A stretch of 47,350 nucleotides of DNA from a bacterium (GTDB lineage: Bacteria > UBA6262 > WVXT01): positions 1-47,350 of the forward strand of contig JBHIBS010000013.1 of the NCBI GenBank assembly GCA_046759165.1. Reading direction: 5' to 3'. Both the position numbers and the translations under genes were made by a program. This document shows positions 30,446 through 39,010 of the stretch, in pieces. Within the stretch, counting starts at the first letter, position 1. Each line of letters begins with the position of its first letter. Under the pieces are notes generated by a model. The model saw only the letters and a program-made list of their open reading frames with translations. It was not told where the DNA came from and made no database searches.

Positions 30446-30661
30446 TTAACTTTTCCCTTTTCTTTTCCTTTCCTCTTCTATCTCTTTTTTCGTCTTAATT
30501 ACCTTTTCTTCATCATAATAGCCGCAATTGAAGCAAGCAAAATGGGGAAGCTTAAATTCCTTACACATCGGGCAAACAGATAGAGTAGGGATATCCAGTT
30601 TCCAGTTGGCTCTTCGTTTATTTCGTCTGGAAACAGAATGTCTTCTCTTGGGATTAGCCAT
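30446..30661 (-). CDS. rpmF: 50S ribosomal protein L32 (zinc-ribbon type)
   Basis: MANPKRRHS..RR.KRR, CPMC..KLPHFACFNCGYY. Confidence 0.97.
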   Translation of the reverse strand: MANPKRRHSVSRRNKRRANWKLDIPTLSVCPMCKEFKLPHFACFNCGYYDEEKVIKTKKEIEEERKRKGKS

Positions 30662-30813
30662 AAGATGCTCCCTTCGGGAGGGTTCACCCCAATCCTACCG
30701 GGGTTGACTGTCACGCGTTAGGGGAAATCAGATTATGGGCAAAGACAAATACCCAATCCCCATCCCGATTTCTAGTTGGGATGCTTTAAGATTCTCTTGA
30801 ACAATAATTTTAA

Positions 30814-30842
30814 ATATTACTAGTTAAAATGGGGATTGTCAA
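30814..30842 (-). promoter_or_regulatory. Sigma70 promoter of the rpmF-plsX-fab operon
   Basis: TTGACA-17 nt-TAATAT on minus. Confidence 0.7.
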
Positions 30843-30848
30843 GAAAAA

Positions 30849-32252
30849 TCACGTGCTTCTGGAGCCCTCCATCAGATATTGATGAATTGCCCCAGCGCTC
30901 CTCCTGCCAGAAGCCATAGCGGAAATGACTGTGGCTGCACCACTCACAATGTCTCCTCCAGCCCAGACATCTTCCTTTGAGGTCTTTCCAGTGGTTTCAT
31001 TTGCTGCAATATAGCCCCATTTGTTTACTTTCAGGTCTGGGGTAGCAGATGGAAGTAGAGGGTTGGCACCAGCGCCGATAGCCATTACTACTACATCAAT
31101 CCCTATGGTGAATTCAGAACCCTTAATCGGTACTGGCCGGCGGCGTCCAGACTCATCAGGCTCTCCTAGTTCCATCCTTATACATTCAATTCCAGTAACC
31201 CAACCCTCCTTATTGCCAAGAATCCGGATCGGATTGGTCAGAAATTTTAATTTCACTCCCTCATCCTCGGCATTTTGAATCTCTTCCAGCCGCGCAGGCA
31301 TTTCTTGTCGGGAACGACGGTAAATATTGAATACCTGTTCAGCTCCTAACCTCAGGGCTGTGCGAGAAGCATCCATTGCCACATTTCCCCCTCCTATCAC
31401 TGCAACCCTCCTGCCAATTTTTACGGGGGTATCGTACTCAGGAAATTGGTATGCCTTCATCAGATTGGTTCTGGTCAAAAATTCGTTCGCTGAATAGACA
31501 CCATTGAGGTTTTCACCGGGAATGTCCATAAACTTGGGTAAACCAGCCCCAATTCCAATGAAAATAGCATCGTACCCCTGGGAAAAAAGTTCATCCAGGG
31601 TATAAATCTTGCCAATCACATAGCCAGTCTTTACTTCCACCCCAAGGGAGCGGATGTACTCTATTTCCTTTTGCACAATAGCTTTGGGTAAGCGAAATTC
31701 TGGAATCCCATAGACCAGAACGCCCCCCGGTTTATGTAATGCTTCGAAAATGGTCAGATTATGCCCCAACCTGGCTAAATCGCCAGCACAAGATAAGCCG
31801 CCAGGACCAGAGCCAACAACCGCCACGCGTTTTCCTGTAGGGGTAGGGAGTCGTGAGCTTTCTCGATTCCCCTTCTGGAGTTCCCGATCAGCAGCGAAGC
31901 GTTCCAGACGTCCAATAGCAACCGGGTCGTACTTTTTAGATAGGGTACAGGCCTTTTCGCAAAGCCCCTCCTGTGGGCATACTCTCCCACACATAGCTGG
32001 TAAGAGATTCTTCTCCTTAATCTTACGGATAGCTGCCTGGTAATCCTTCTCAATAATCCGGGCAATAAAACTAGGAATATCGACTTCCACTGGACAAGCC
32101 TTGATACAGGGAGCCTTCTTACATTGGAGACACCTTCTTGCCTCCTCTTGAGCTTGGTCCTCCGAATAGCCCAAAGCCACCTCATCGAAATTGTTCACCC
32201 TGATTCTGGGCTTCTGACGCGGCATTTTAACTTTTTTAGGAGCAATTTTCAT
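30849..32252 (-). CDS. nfnB: NfnB/SudA large subunit (GltD-like) of bifurcating transhydrogenase
   Basis: EARRCLQC..PC...CP, CGRVCPQE..CE, GSGPGG, YGIPEFRLPK, GGGNVAMD, GGDIVSGAATVI; overlaps nfnA; no gltB nearby. Confidence 0.88.
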   Translation of the reverse strand: MKIAPKKVKMPRQKPRIRVNNFDEVALGYSEDQAQEEARRCLQCKKAPCIKACPVEVDIPSFIARIIEKDYQAAIRKIKEKNLLPAMCGRVCPQEGLCEKACTLSKKYDPVAIGRLERFAADRELQKGNRESSRLPTPTGKRVAVVGSGPGGLSCAGDLARLGHNLTIFEALHKPGGVLVYGIPEFRLPKAIVQKEIEYIRSLGVEVKTGYVIGKIYTLDELFSQGYDAIFIGIGAGLPKFMDIPGENLNGVYSANEFLTRTNLMKAYQFPEYDTPVKIGRRVAVIGGGNVAMDASRTALRLGAEQVFNIYRRSRQEMPARLEEIQNAEDEGVKLKFLTNPIRILGNKEGWVTGIECIRMELGEPDESGRRRPVPIKGSEFTIGIDVVVMAIGAGANPLLPSATPDLKVNKWGYIAANETTGKTSKEDVWAGGDIVSGAATVISAMASGRRSAGAIHQYLMEGSRST

Positions 32253-33094
32253 TTGAGTCTACCATATTTATGGACCGAATTATACCGCTGGAGAGCTTTC
32301 TTCTCCTGTTCTAGGTAAATTCTCTGACGGCTGAGGAGTTGGTCAAAATCTACCTGGTGACCATCGAAATCTGGACCGTCCACACAGACGAACTTTGTTT
32401 TCCCCCCTACCGAAATTCTGCAAGCGCCACACATTCCAGTAGCATCGACCATTATGGGATTGAGACTCACTATAGTCCTCAATTTATAGGGCCTGGTTAC
32501 CTCGCAAACAGCACGCATCATAAGAGTCGGTCCCACTGCAAAGACTAAACCCAACTCTCCCCTTCCTTCCATTAGCCTTCGCAATTCATCAGATACAAAA
32601 CCTTTTCGACCATAAGAACCATCATCAGTAGTAATGTAAATTTCGTCCGAGACAGAGGCTATCTTGTCTTCCCAGATTACGAGTTCCCTGGTGCGAGCAC
32701 CGATAATCGATATAACCCTGTTTCCAAATTCTTTAAAGCCACGAGCCACGGGATAGACGGGTGCTATTCCCACACCTCCAGCTACACAAACTACTGTGCC
32801 TATATTTTCCATATGGGTGGGGATACCTAAAGGCCCAATAACATCAGAAAGGGTATCGCCTGAATTTAACCCTCCTATCTGGTAAGTAGTTTTTCCTGCT
32901 TCCTGAACCACAATGGTTATGGTTCCTTTAGCTCTATCATACTCTGCAATAGTTAAAGGAACTCTCTCTCCTCTCTCATCAATCCTCACCACTACGAATT
33001 GTCCAGGCTGAGCTTTTCTGGCAGTCTCTGGACAAGATATTAGAAATTCTTTTATAGAGGGAGCCAGATTTTGTTTACTTAAAATCTTGTGCAT
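32249..33094 (-). CDS. nfnA: NfnA/SudB small subunit (FAD, [2Fe-2S])
   Basis: PGQFV, GERVPLTIA, GPLG, GGVG, MVDATGMCGACR..CVDGPDF. Confidence 0.9.
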   Translation of the reverse strand: MHKILSKQNLAPSIKEFLISCPETARKAQPGQFVVVRIDERGERVPLTIAEYDRAKGTITIVVQEAGKTTYQIGGLNSGDTLSDVIGPLGIPTHMENIGTVVCVAGGVGIAPVYPVARGFKEFGNRVISIIGARTRELVIWEDKIASVSDEIYITTDDGSYGRKGFVSDELRRLMEGRGELGLVFAVGPTLMMRAVCEVTRPYKLRTIVSLNPIMVDATGMCGACRISVGGKTKFVCVDGPDFDGHQVDFDQLLSRQRIYLEQEKKALQRYNSVHKYGRLK

Positions 33095-33534
33095 TATTTT
33101 TTGTATATTTTCTCTTCCCAGTGATGTATCTCGCTCTCAGAAAAGAAGAACTCAATCTCCTTTACTGCCGATTTAATTGAATCTGCTGCATGAAGGATAT
33201 TGTGGCGGTTATCTTGAGCGTAGAGCCTTCTCAAGGTTCCCTCTTCTGCTTTTTGAGGGTCTGTACTGCCTGCAATATCTCGAATCTTCTGAGTCACGTT
33301 CTCTCCTTCCAAAACCATAACCAGACAAGGATTGGATGACATAAAACTGACCAAAGGTTCATAAAACTCCTTTCCTTTATGTGCTTCATAAAACTCCTCT
33401 GCCTTCTCTCGCGTAAGAAGGATCATTTTGCAGGCGACAATTTTGAAATCCTTCTCTTCAAATGTTCTAATTATTCTTCCTACTATCTTCTTAGAAAGTG
33501 CATCTGGCTTAATAATTACTAATGTGCGTTCCAA
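33094..33534 (-). CDS. ndk: Nucleoside diphosphate kinase
   Basis: ERTLVIIKPD, GSTDP..A..GTLR, NILHAADS; TTG 33534 with GGAG gives the canonical MERT start. Confidence 0.95.
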   Translation of the reverse strand: MERTLVIIKPDALSKKIVGRIIRTFEEKDFKIVACKMILLTREKAEEFYEAHKGKEFYEPLVSFMSSNPCLVMVLEGENVTQKIRDIAGSTDPQKAEEGTLRRLYAQDNRHNILHAADSIKSAVKEIEFFFSESEIHHWEEKIYKK

Positions 33535-33560
33535 GATTATCTCCGGCTTCAAAACTTCAG

Positions 33561-33607
33561 CCCCTTCACTCCGTTCAGGGTGCGACTGTTGAGCTCTTTC
33601 AACAGTC
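33561..33607. repeat. Palindromic repeat remnant between icd and ndk
   Basis: GACTGTTGA-gctctt-TCAACAGTC abutting the icd stop codon, plus cccttcactccgttcaggg. Confidence 0.45.
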
Positions 33608-34666
33608 TCATTCTAAATTTTTGACGATTGCTTTGGCCATCTGAGAAGTTGTAGCAGTTCCGCCGAGATCATGGGTAACTCTCTCTCCTTTAGCAATTAC
33701 CCGAGCCACGGCCTTCTCCAACCTATTTGCCTTCTCTTTGTCTCCCAGATACCTTAACATTAATACCCCTGATAGAATCATTGCAGTGGGATTTACTTTG
33801 TCCATTCCCTTATACTTCGGCGCACTGCCGTGTGTTGCCTCGAAGACAGCAATTCCCTCACCAATATTTGCTCCTGGAGATAAACCGAGTCCTCCCACTA
33901 ATCCCGCGCATAAATCGGAGACTATATCTCCATAGAGATTGGGCAGGACGAGCACATCATAAAGTCCCGGCTTCTGCACTAATTGCATACACATATTATC
34001 CACGATTTTATCCTCAGATTGGATGTCCGGATATTCTCGAGTAACTTCGTGAAAAACTTCCAAAAAGATTCCATCCGAATATTTCATTATATTGGCTTTA
34101 TGTATCCCGGTAACCTTTTTTCTGTTATTCTTCCTCGCATAGTCGAATGCGAAACGAATAATCCGTTCCGAAGCACGCCGGGAAATTGACTTGATACTTA
34201 TTCCAGAATCATCGGAAATCTTCACATTCCTGGAATTCTGAATAAAGTTAATGAGTTCACTGGTCTCAGACTTTCCCTCCTCAAATTCTATTCCTGAATA
34301 TACATCTTCGGTATTCTCTCTCACTACCACTAAATCGACCCCTTCATACCGCGACCTCACACCGGGGTACCACTTACAGGGACGGAGGCAAGCGTACAGA
34401 TCGAGTTTCTGACGGAGGGCAACATTAACGCTGCGAAACCCTGTTCCTACAGGAGTGGTCACAGGACCTTTCAAAGCAACTCTATTTTTCCTTATCGAAT
34501 TAATTACTTGGTCAGGCAAAGGCGTCCCATACTTATCCATAATTTCGGCTCCAGCATCGACTCTTTCCCATTCAATCTTTACCCTTGTGGCCTCAATACA
34601 CTTTCGAGCAGCATCGACCACTTCCGGCCCGACACCATCACCAGGAATTAAAGTAACTCTGTACAT
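33608..34666 (-). CDS. icd: Isocitrate dehydrogenase, probably NADP+-dependent (IDH/IPMDH family)
   Basis: GFRSVNVALRQ (IDH Ser/Asn/Arg substrate motif), RENTED, HKANIMK, NLYGDIVSD, HGSAPKY. Confidence 0.8.
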   Translation of the reverse strand: MYRVTLIPGDGVGPEVVDAARKCIEATRVKIEWERVDAGAEIMDKYGTPLPDQVINSIRKNRVALKGPVTTPVGTGFRSVNVALRQKLDLYACLRPCKWYPGVRSRYEGVDLVVVRENTEDVYSGIEFEEGKSETSELINFIQNSRNVKISDDSGISIKSISRRASERIIRFAFDYARKNNRKKVTGIHKANIMKYSDGIFLEVFHEVTREYPDIQSEDKIVDNMCMQLVQKPGLYDVLVLPNLYGDIVSDLCAGLVGGLGLSPGANIGEGIAVFEATHGSAPKYKGMDKVNPTAMILSGVLMLRYLGDKEKANRLEKAVARVIAKGERVTHDLGGTATTSQMAKAIVKNLE

Positions 34667-34743
34667 AATTGCCCCCTTTTTAGAGAAGTCTGGAGTCCAC
34701 CCGAAAGGGCAGTAAAGAAAAATGACTCTGACCCCTTTTTCTT

Positions 34744-35241
34744 TTACAGTTTGAAACCACCGTGTTTCCGAATGTGTTCCACCAAGCCGCCATCGCGCAA
34801 AATGTTAACCATTACTTGTGAAAGCGGACGGAACGTTAGCTCCAGTTCCCTTTTGCTATTTCTTATCGTACCTTTAATTAAGTCAATTTCCAGTTCCTCT
34901 GCCTGAGTGATCTTCTCGGTTTCGCATTCCAGAACAGGCAGTCCAATATTGACTGCATTGCGAAAGAATATTCTGGCAAAAGACTTGGCTAAGATTGCAT
35001 CTACTCCACACAGTTTGATTATTCTGGGAGCATGCTCCCGGGATGAGCCCAGACCAAAGTTCTTCCCTGCCACAACAAAATCTCCTGGCCTCACTTTCTT
35101 TATAAATTCGGGATCGGCGTCTTCCAGTGTATGTCTAGCCAGCTCTGGCAAATTATTCCTCAAATGGAAATATCTCCCAGGTGCGATCAAGTCTGTGCTA
35201 ATGTTATCCCCAAACTTATGTGCTTTTCCTTTAAGAACCAC
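34744..35241 (-). CDS. LeuD/HacB-type hydro-lyase small subunit
   Basis: FGDNISTD.IAP, GKNFGLGSSREHA, SFARIFFRNAVN.GLP, GGL; GTG start. Confidence 0.92.
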   Translation of the reverse strand: MVLKGKAHKFGDNISTDLIAPGRYFHLRNNLPELARHTLEDADPEFIKKVRPGDFVVAGKNFGLGSSREHAPRIIKLCGVDAILAKSFARIFFRNAVNIGLPVLECETEKITQAEELEIDLIKGTIRNSKRELELTFRPLSQVMVNILRDGGLVEHIRKHGGFKL

Positions 35242-35383
35242 TCTTTCCTCCTTTTTATCGCCTACCAGATTCGTTGATAAGATAATATGTTTATAAATCG
35301 ATAAGTAACCATTGTCTATCCTCGTAACCTGTTAACTTATCAACCTATCAACTGCTTTCCTTAAGACAATTCGTAGAATAAAG

Positions 35384-35572
35384 CCCGTTAGAGGGTTCGG
35401 AAAGGGCTTAAAACCTCCTCTGATCAATAATCCTCTTTTACACCATCTCCGGCCTGAAGGACGGCCCCTTCAGAAATTATGCCTTACCTTCTGCGTAGGC
35501 CCCGGTAGAAATGGAATTTCTAACGGGGTAGGGATATATTTATAACGGGGAGGAGCCTTCTAACGGGGTAAA
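35384..35572. repeat. Nested CCCGTTAGA/TCTAACGGGG repeat element
   Basis: cccgttaga (35384), ccccggtagaaa (35500), tttctaacggggta (35517), tttataacgggg (35539), ttctaacggggtaaa (35558). Confidence 0.65.
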
Positions 35573-35580
35573 TTTGGGCC

Positions 35581-36876
35581 TTACATTATTTCTCGGGGGT
35601 CGCTTATCTTTCCCTTTACCGCTGTCCAGGCAGCTGTAGCCGGAGAAGAAAGATATATCTCGGAATTGGGGTTACCCATTCTGCCTCTAAAATTACGGTT
35701 CCCTGTTGAGAGGCACCTTTCGTTATCAGCTAAAATCCCTCCCTGTATCCCCACGCAGGGTCCGCATCCTGGGCTCAAAATAGTAGCCCCAGCTCCAACG
35801 AGTATCTCAAAAATTCCTTCTCTCACTGCCTGCAGGTAGACCTGGCGGGAGGCTGGAGCAACGATCAACTTGGTTCCAGGAGCACATTTTCGTCCTTTCA
35901 ACATCTTTGCTGCCAGATGCAAATCCTCTATTCGTCCATTAGTACAGGTACCAATGAAAACCTGATCAATTCTGATATTTTTGGTTGATATTTGAGAAAT
36001 TGGTTTAACATTGTTCGGGGTCTCGGGAAAGGCAATCATCGGTTCCAATTTTGAGGCGTCGGTTTCAAAAACTCTTTCGTATTTTGCATCCTTATCTGCC
36101 TTAATTTCTTTATATCTCTTCTCCCGCTGCTTTTCCTTAAGGTAGCCTCTGGTTAGATCATCCGAACCGACAAGTCCAGCTTTAGCTCCTGCTTCTACAG
36201 CCATGTTGCAAAGAGTGAGCCTTCCCGAAATCGACATCTTTTCGACCGTTTCTCCAGCAAATTCCAAAGCTCTGTAACTCGCTCCATCAGCTCCAAGCAT
36301 ACCAATAATGTACAGAATTAAATCCTTAGCATAGACACCTTTGGGAAACTCTCCTTTTACATTAAACAAGAAAGTCTGGGGAACCTTAAGCCAGGTCCTT
36401 CCTGTGGCCATCACCACAGCAACATCTGTAGAGCCCATTCCCGTAGCAAAGGCAGCCAGGGCTCCAGAAGTGCAGGTATGAGAATCAGCACCAACGATAA
36501 TATCGCCTGGATTCACGAAGCTTTCCACCAGCCTCTGATGAGAAATTCCTTCCCCTATTTCCGAGAGATTTACTTTAGTTTCTCTCGCAAAATCTCGCAA
36601 CGCTCTTTGGACATTGGAAATTTCTTTGCGGGGAGGAGGAGCCGCGTGGTCGAGGAAGATAATCGTTTTCTCTGGAGCAAAAATTTTGCACTCAACTGCT
36701 TTGTCGGATTTGCTCAAAGCTCCACCTGTTATTAATTTTCTTAACTGCTTAATAGCGAGGGGACCTGTACCATCCTGCACCATACAGAGGTCTACTGGCA
36801 CAATCACAATATCTCCTGCACCTACTTCTCTTCCCACGCGAGAAGTAATAATTTTTTCAGAGATAGTTTTACCCAT
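35581..36876 (-). CDS. LeuC/HacA-type hydro-lyase large subunit ([4Fe-4S], aconitase family)
   Basis: DH, GISHQ, GADSHTCT, IGTCTNGR, PGCGPC.G, STGNRNFRGRMG. Confidence 0.93.
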   Translation of the reverse strand: MGKTISEKIITSRVGREVGAGDIVIVPVDLCMVQDGTGPLAIKQLRKLITGGALSKSDKAVECKIFAPEKTIIFLDHAAPPPRKEISNVQRALRDFARETKVNLSEIGEGISHQRLVESFVNPGDIIVGADSHTCTSGALAAFATGMGSTDVAVVMATGRTWLKVPQTFLFNVKGEFPKGVYAKDLILYIIGMLGADGASYRALEFAGETVEKMSISGRLTLCNMAVEAGAKAGLVGSDDLTRGYLKEKQREKRYKEIKADKDAKYERVFETDASKLEPMIAFPETPNNVKPISQISTKNIRIDQVFIGTCTNGRIEDLHLAAKMLKGRKCAPGTKLIVAPASRQVYLQAVREGIFEILVGAGATILSPGCGPCVGIQGGILADNERCLSTGNRNFRGRMGNPNSEIYLSSPATAAWTAVKGKISDPREIM

Positions 36877-36885
36877 AACTCATCC

Positions 36886-38037
36886 TTAGGAGTTAATAGT
36901 CGATTTTTCATAGAGGGCTTCTATACTTTTCAACATATGAGTGAAATCAAAAGTAGGATAGACCATCTTCTGGCCTTCCCTGCCCATTCTCTGAGCCAAA
37001 TTTCGATCTTTAATTAACCTAATTACCCTCTCAGAAAATTTTTCTATATTGTGAGGCTCGACTAAAAATCCATTTATTCCCTCAAAAATTGCTTCTTTAG
37101 CGCCGTCCACGGCTGTGGCTACAACCGGCTTCCCAGAAGCCATAGCTTCAGCAAACACAATAGGGAGACCTTCCCAGAGGGAAGTCAGTACTAAAACATC
37201 AATAATCTGCATGATCTCCGGGACATCGCGTCGCCAGCCAGTCAAAATAACCTTTCCCTTTAGTTTAAACCTCCTGATCAATTCCTCCACCTCGTTCCTT
37301 AACTCACCATCTCCCACCAAAAGAAACCTTGTGGATGGCAAAACTTGGCTGACACGCTGGGCAAGAAAAATAAAATCTTGAGGAGCCTTTTGAGGCTTGA
37401 AACAGGCAATCATTGCCACTACGGGGCTTTTAGGGTCGATTCCAAATTCTCTCTTTTTTTGGTCAAAGTCAATTTTTATTTCAGAAAATGCTTTAATATT
37501 TGTGGCACAATGTATCACCTCATATTGTCTTTCTTTCCCAATCTTATTACCCAGTCCTTTTTTTGCATTTTCGGAACAGACCACGATTAACTTATCAGTA
37601 ATCCAGGCAGTCACTCTCTCTACCCAGATAAAAGCCTTCCTCGTCCACCACTTCTGATAATCATTAAAGCCAAAACCGTGGTACGTGTGGAAAATATTAG
37701 GCACACCAGCAAAATGGGCTGCCCACCGGCCAAGAATTCCTGCCTTGGAAGAGTGGGTATGTACTAAGTCAACTTTTTCTGACTTTAAAAGCCTCCATAT
37801 CTTCATTGAGGTAATCGCATCTTTTATAGGATTCACCATCCGAATCAGTTCGGGAATAAAAAATGACTTTATCCTATGATTATTCTTAACTTCTCTGTCC
37901 AGAATTCCCCCACAACCAGAGATTAAAATAGGGCTATATCTGTCACGACTAAGGTTTTCGGTAGTGTAGATAGCGATCTCTTGAGCTCCTCCCAATTCCA
38001 GCTTTGTAATAATTGTCGCCACTTTATACTTTCTCAT
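36886..38037 (-). CDS. Glycosyltransferase family 4
   Basis: LGGAQ, HTHSSKAG, KPQK, VGDGE, SLWEGLP..AEAMASGKPVV. Confidence 0.93.
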   Translation of the reverse strand: MRKYKVATIITKLELGGAQEIAIYTTENLSRDRYSPILISGCGGILDREVKNNHRIKSFFIPELIRMVNPIKDAITSMKIWRLLKSEKVDLVHTHSSKAGILGRWAAHFAGVPNIFHTYHGFGFNDYQKWWTRKAFIWVERVTAWITDKLIVVCSENAKKGLGNKIGKERQYEVIHCATNIKAFSEIKIDFDQKKREFGIDPKSPVVAMIACFKPQKAPQDFIFLAQRVSQVLPSTRFLLVGDGELRNEVEELIRRFKLKGKVILTGWRRDVPEIMQIIDVLVLTSLWEGLPIVFAEAMASGKPVVATAVDGAKEAIFEGINGFLVEPHNIEKFSERVIRLIKDRNLAQRMGREGQKMVYPTFDFTHMLKSIEALYEKSTINS

Positions 38038-38979
38038 CTATTTATCCATTACGGTTTTAATCCATTCTATTTCTTTGAGTAGACCTTCCTTCAAATTAAA
38101 TCTGGGATTATATCCTAACATCTTCTTTGCCTTTTTTATGTCCGCCCAAGTTGCCTGCATTTCTCCTTTTCTCTTTTTTATATATCTAATTCGGGCCCTT
38201 TTTTCAATAATTTCCTCTAATAATTTGATCGCAGCATTTACAGAGATATAGCTGCCACCCCCGATGTTAAAAATTTCGCCTGCGCAAGACTTTTCTGTCA
38301 ACAAAATATCGGAATTCACAGCGTCATCGATATAGGTGAAATCTCGAGTCTGGTTTCCATCGCCGTAGATGGTAATCTCTTCTCCTTTCAACATTGCTCT
38401 GATAAACTTGTGAAAAGCCATATCCGGCCTCTGGCCTGGCCCATAGACCGTGAAATATCTTAAGGACACAGTGGGAACCCCAAAATTTTTCCAATATGAA
38501 TAACACAAATTTTCGCAAGCCAGCTTGGAGACACCGTATGGAGAGACTGGTGAAAGGAATCTATCTTCCCTCATCGGTAACTCGCAATCTCCATAAACAG
38601 AGGAAGACGAGGCAAAAATAAATGATTTCAGGGGAATTTTCTTTGCTGACTCCAGTAATCTCTGTGTGGCCAGAATATTGTTATTTGAATAGGTCTCAAA
38701 GCGCCGTCCCCAGCTGCCGAAAACTCCTGGTTGGGCAGCATGGTGGAAGATATAATCAAACCCTTCCAACAACTTATCTAAATCTATACCCAGAAGGTCT
38801 TCTCTTATAAGAGTGAAGCTCCGTAATTTCAAAAGACCTTGCACATTGGCTTCCTTAATTGTTCGCTTATAATAATCGGTAAAGCAGTCTATTCCAATAA
38901 CCTCAAAGCCGGATTGAATCAACTTCTCGGTCAGATGAGATCCAATAAATCCAGCACAACCAGTAACTAAACAACGCAT
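38038..38979 (-). CDS. NAD-dependent nucleotide-sugar epimerase (UDP-glucuronate 4-epimerase-like)
   Basis: VTGCAGFIG, ASSSSVYG, YGVSK, LRYFTVYGPGQRPDMA. Confidence 0.88.
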   Translation of the reverse strand: MRCLVTGCAGFIGSHLTEKLIQSGFEVIGIDCFTDYYKRTIKEANVQGLLKLRSFTLIREDLLGIDLDKLLEGFDYIFHHAAQPGVFGSWGRRFETYSNNNILATQRLLESAKKIPLKSFIFASSSSVYGDCELPMREDRFLSPVSPYGVSKLACENLCYSYWKNFGVPTVSLRYFTVYGPGQRPDMAFHKFIRAMLKGEEITIYGDGNQTRDFTYIDDAVNSDILLTEKSCAGEIFNIGGGSYISVNAAIKLLEEIIEKRARIRYIKKRKGEMQATWADIKKAKKMLGYNPRFNLKEGLLKEIEWIKTVMDK

Positions 38980-39010
38980 TTTCCCTCCCAAACCTAAGCG
39001 CCCAGCTCCC

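Noticed and set aside
30849-32252. Glutamate synthase small subunit (gltD)
   Set aside because: No gltB in the window, and it is coupled to an NfnA/SudB-type gene, the NfnAB arrangement.
33608-34666. 3-isopropylmalate dehydrogenase (leuB) by adjacency to leuCD-like genes
   Set aside because: Substrate and cofactor motifs match IDH, not IPMDH.
35440-35500. Hammerhead-like core on minus strand (CTGAAGG-GGCC..GGCC-GGAG)
   Set aside because: Departs from CUGANGA and GAAA at essential positions, and the CTGAAGG/CCTTCAG hairpin competes.
35500-35572. Mini CRISPR array from TAACGGGG repeats
   Set aside because: Repeats are about 12 nt with spacers under 10 nt, mixed orientation, and no cas genes.
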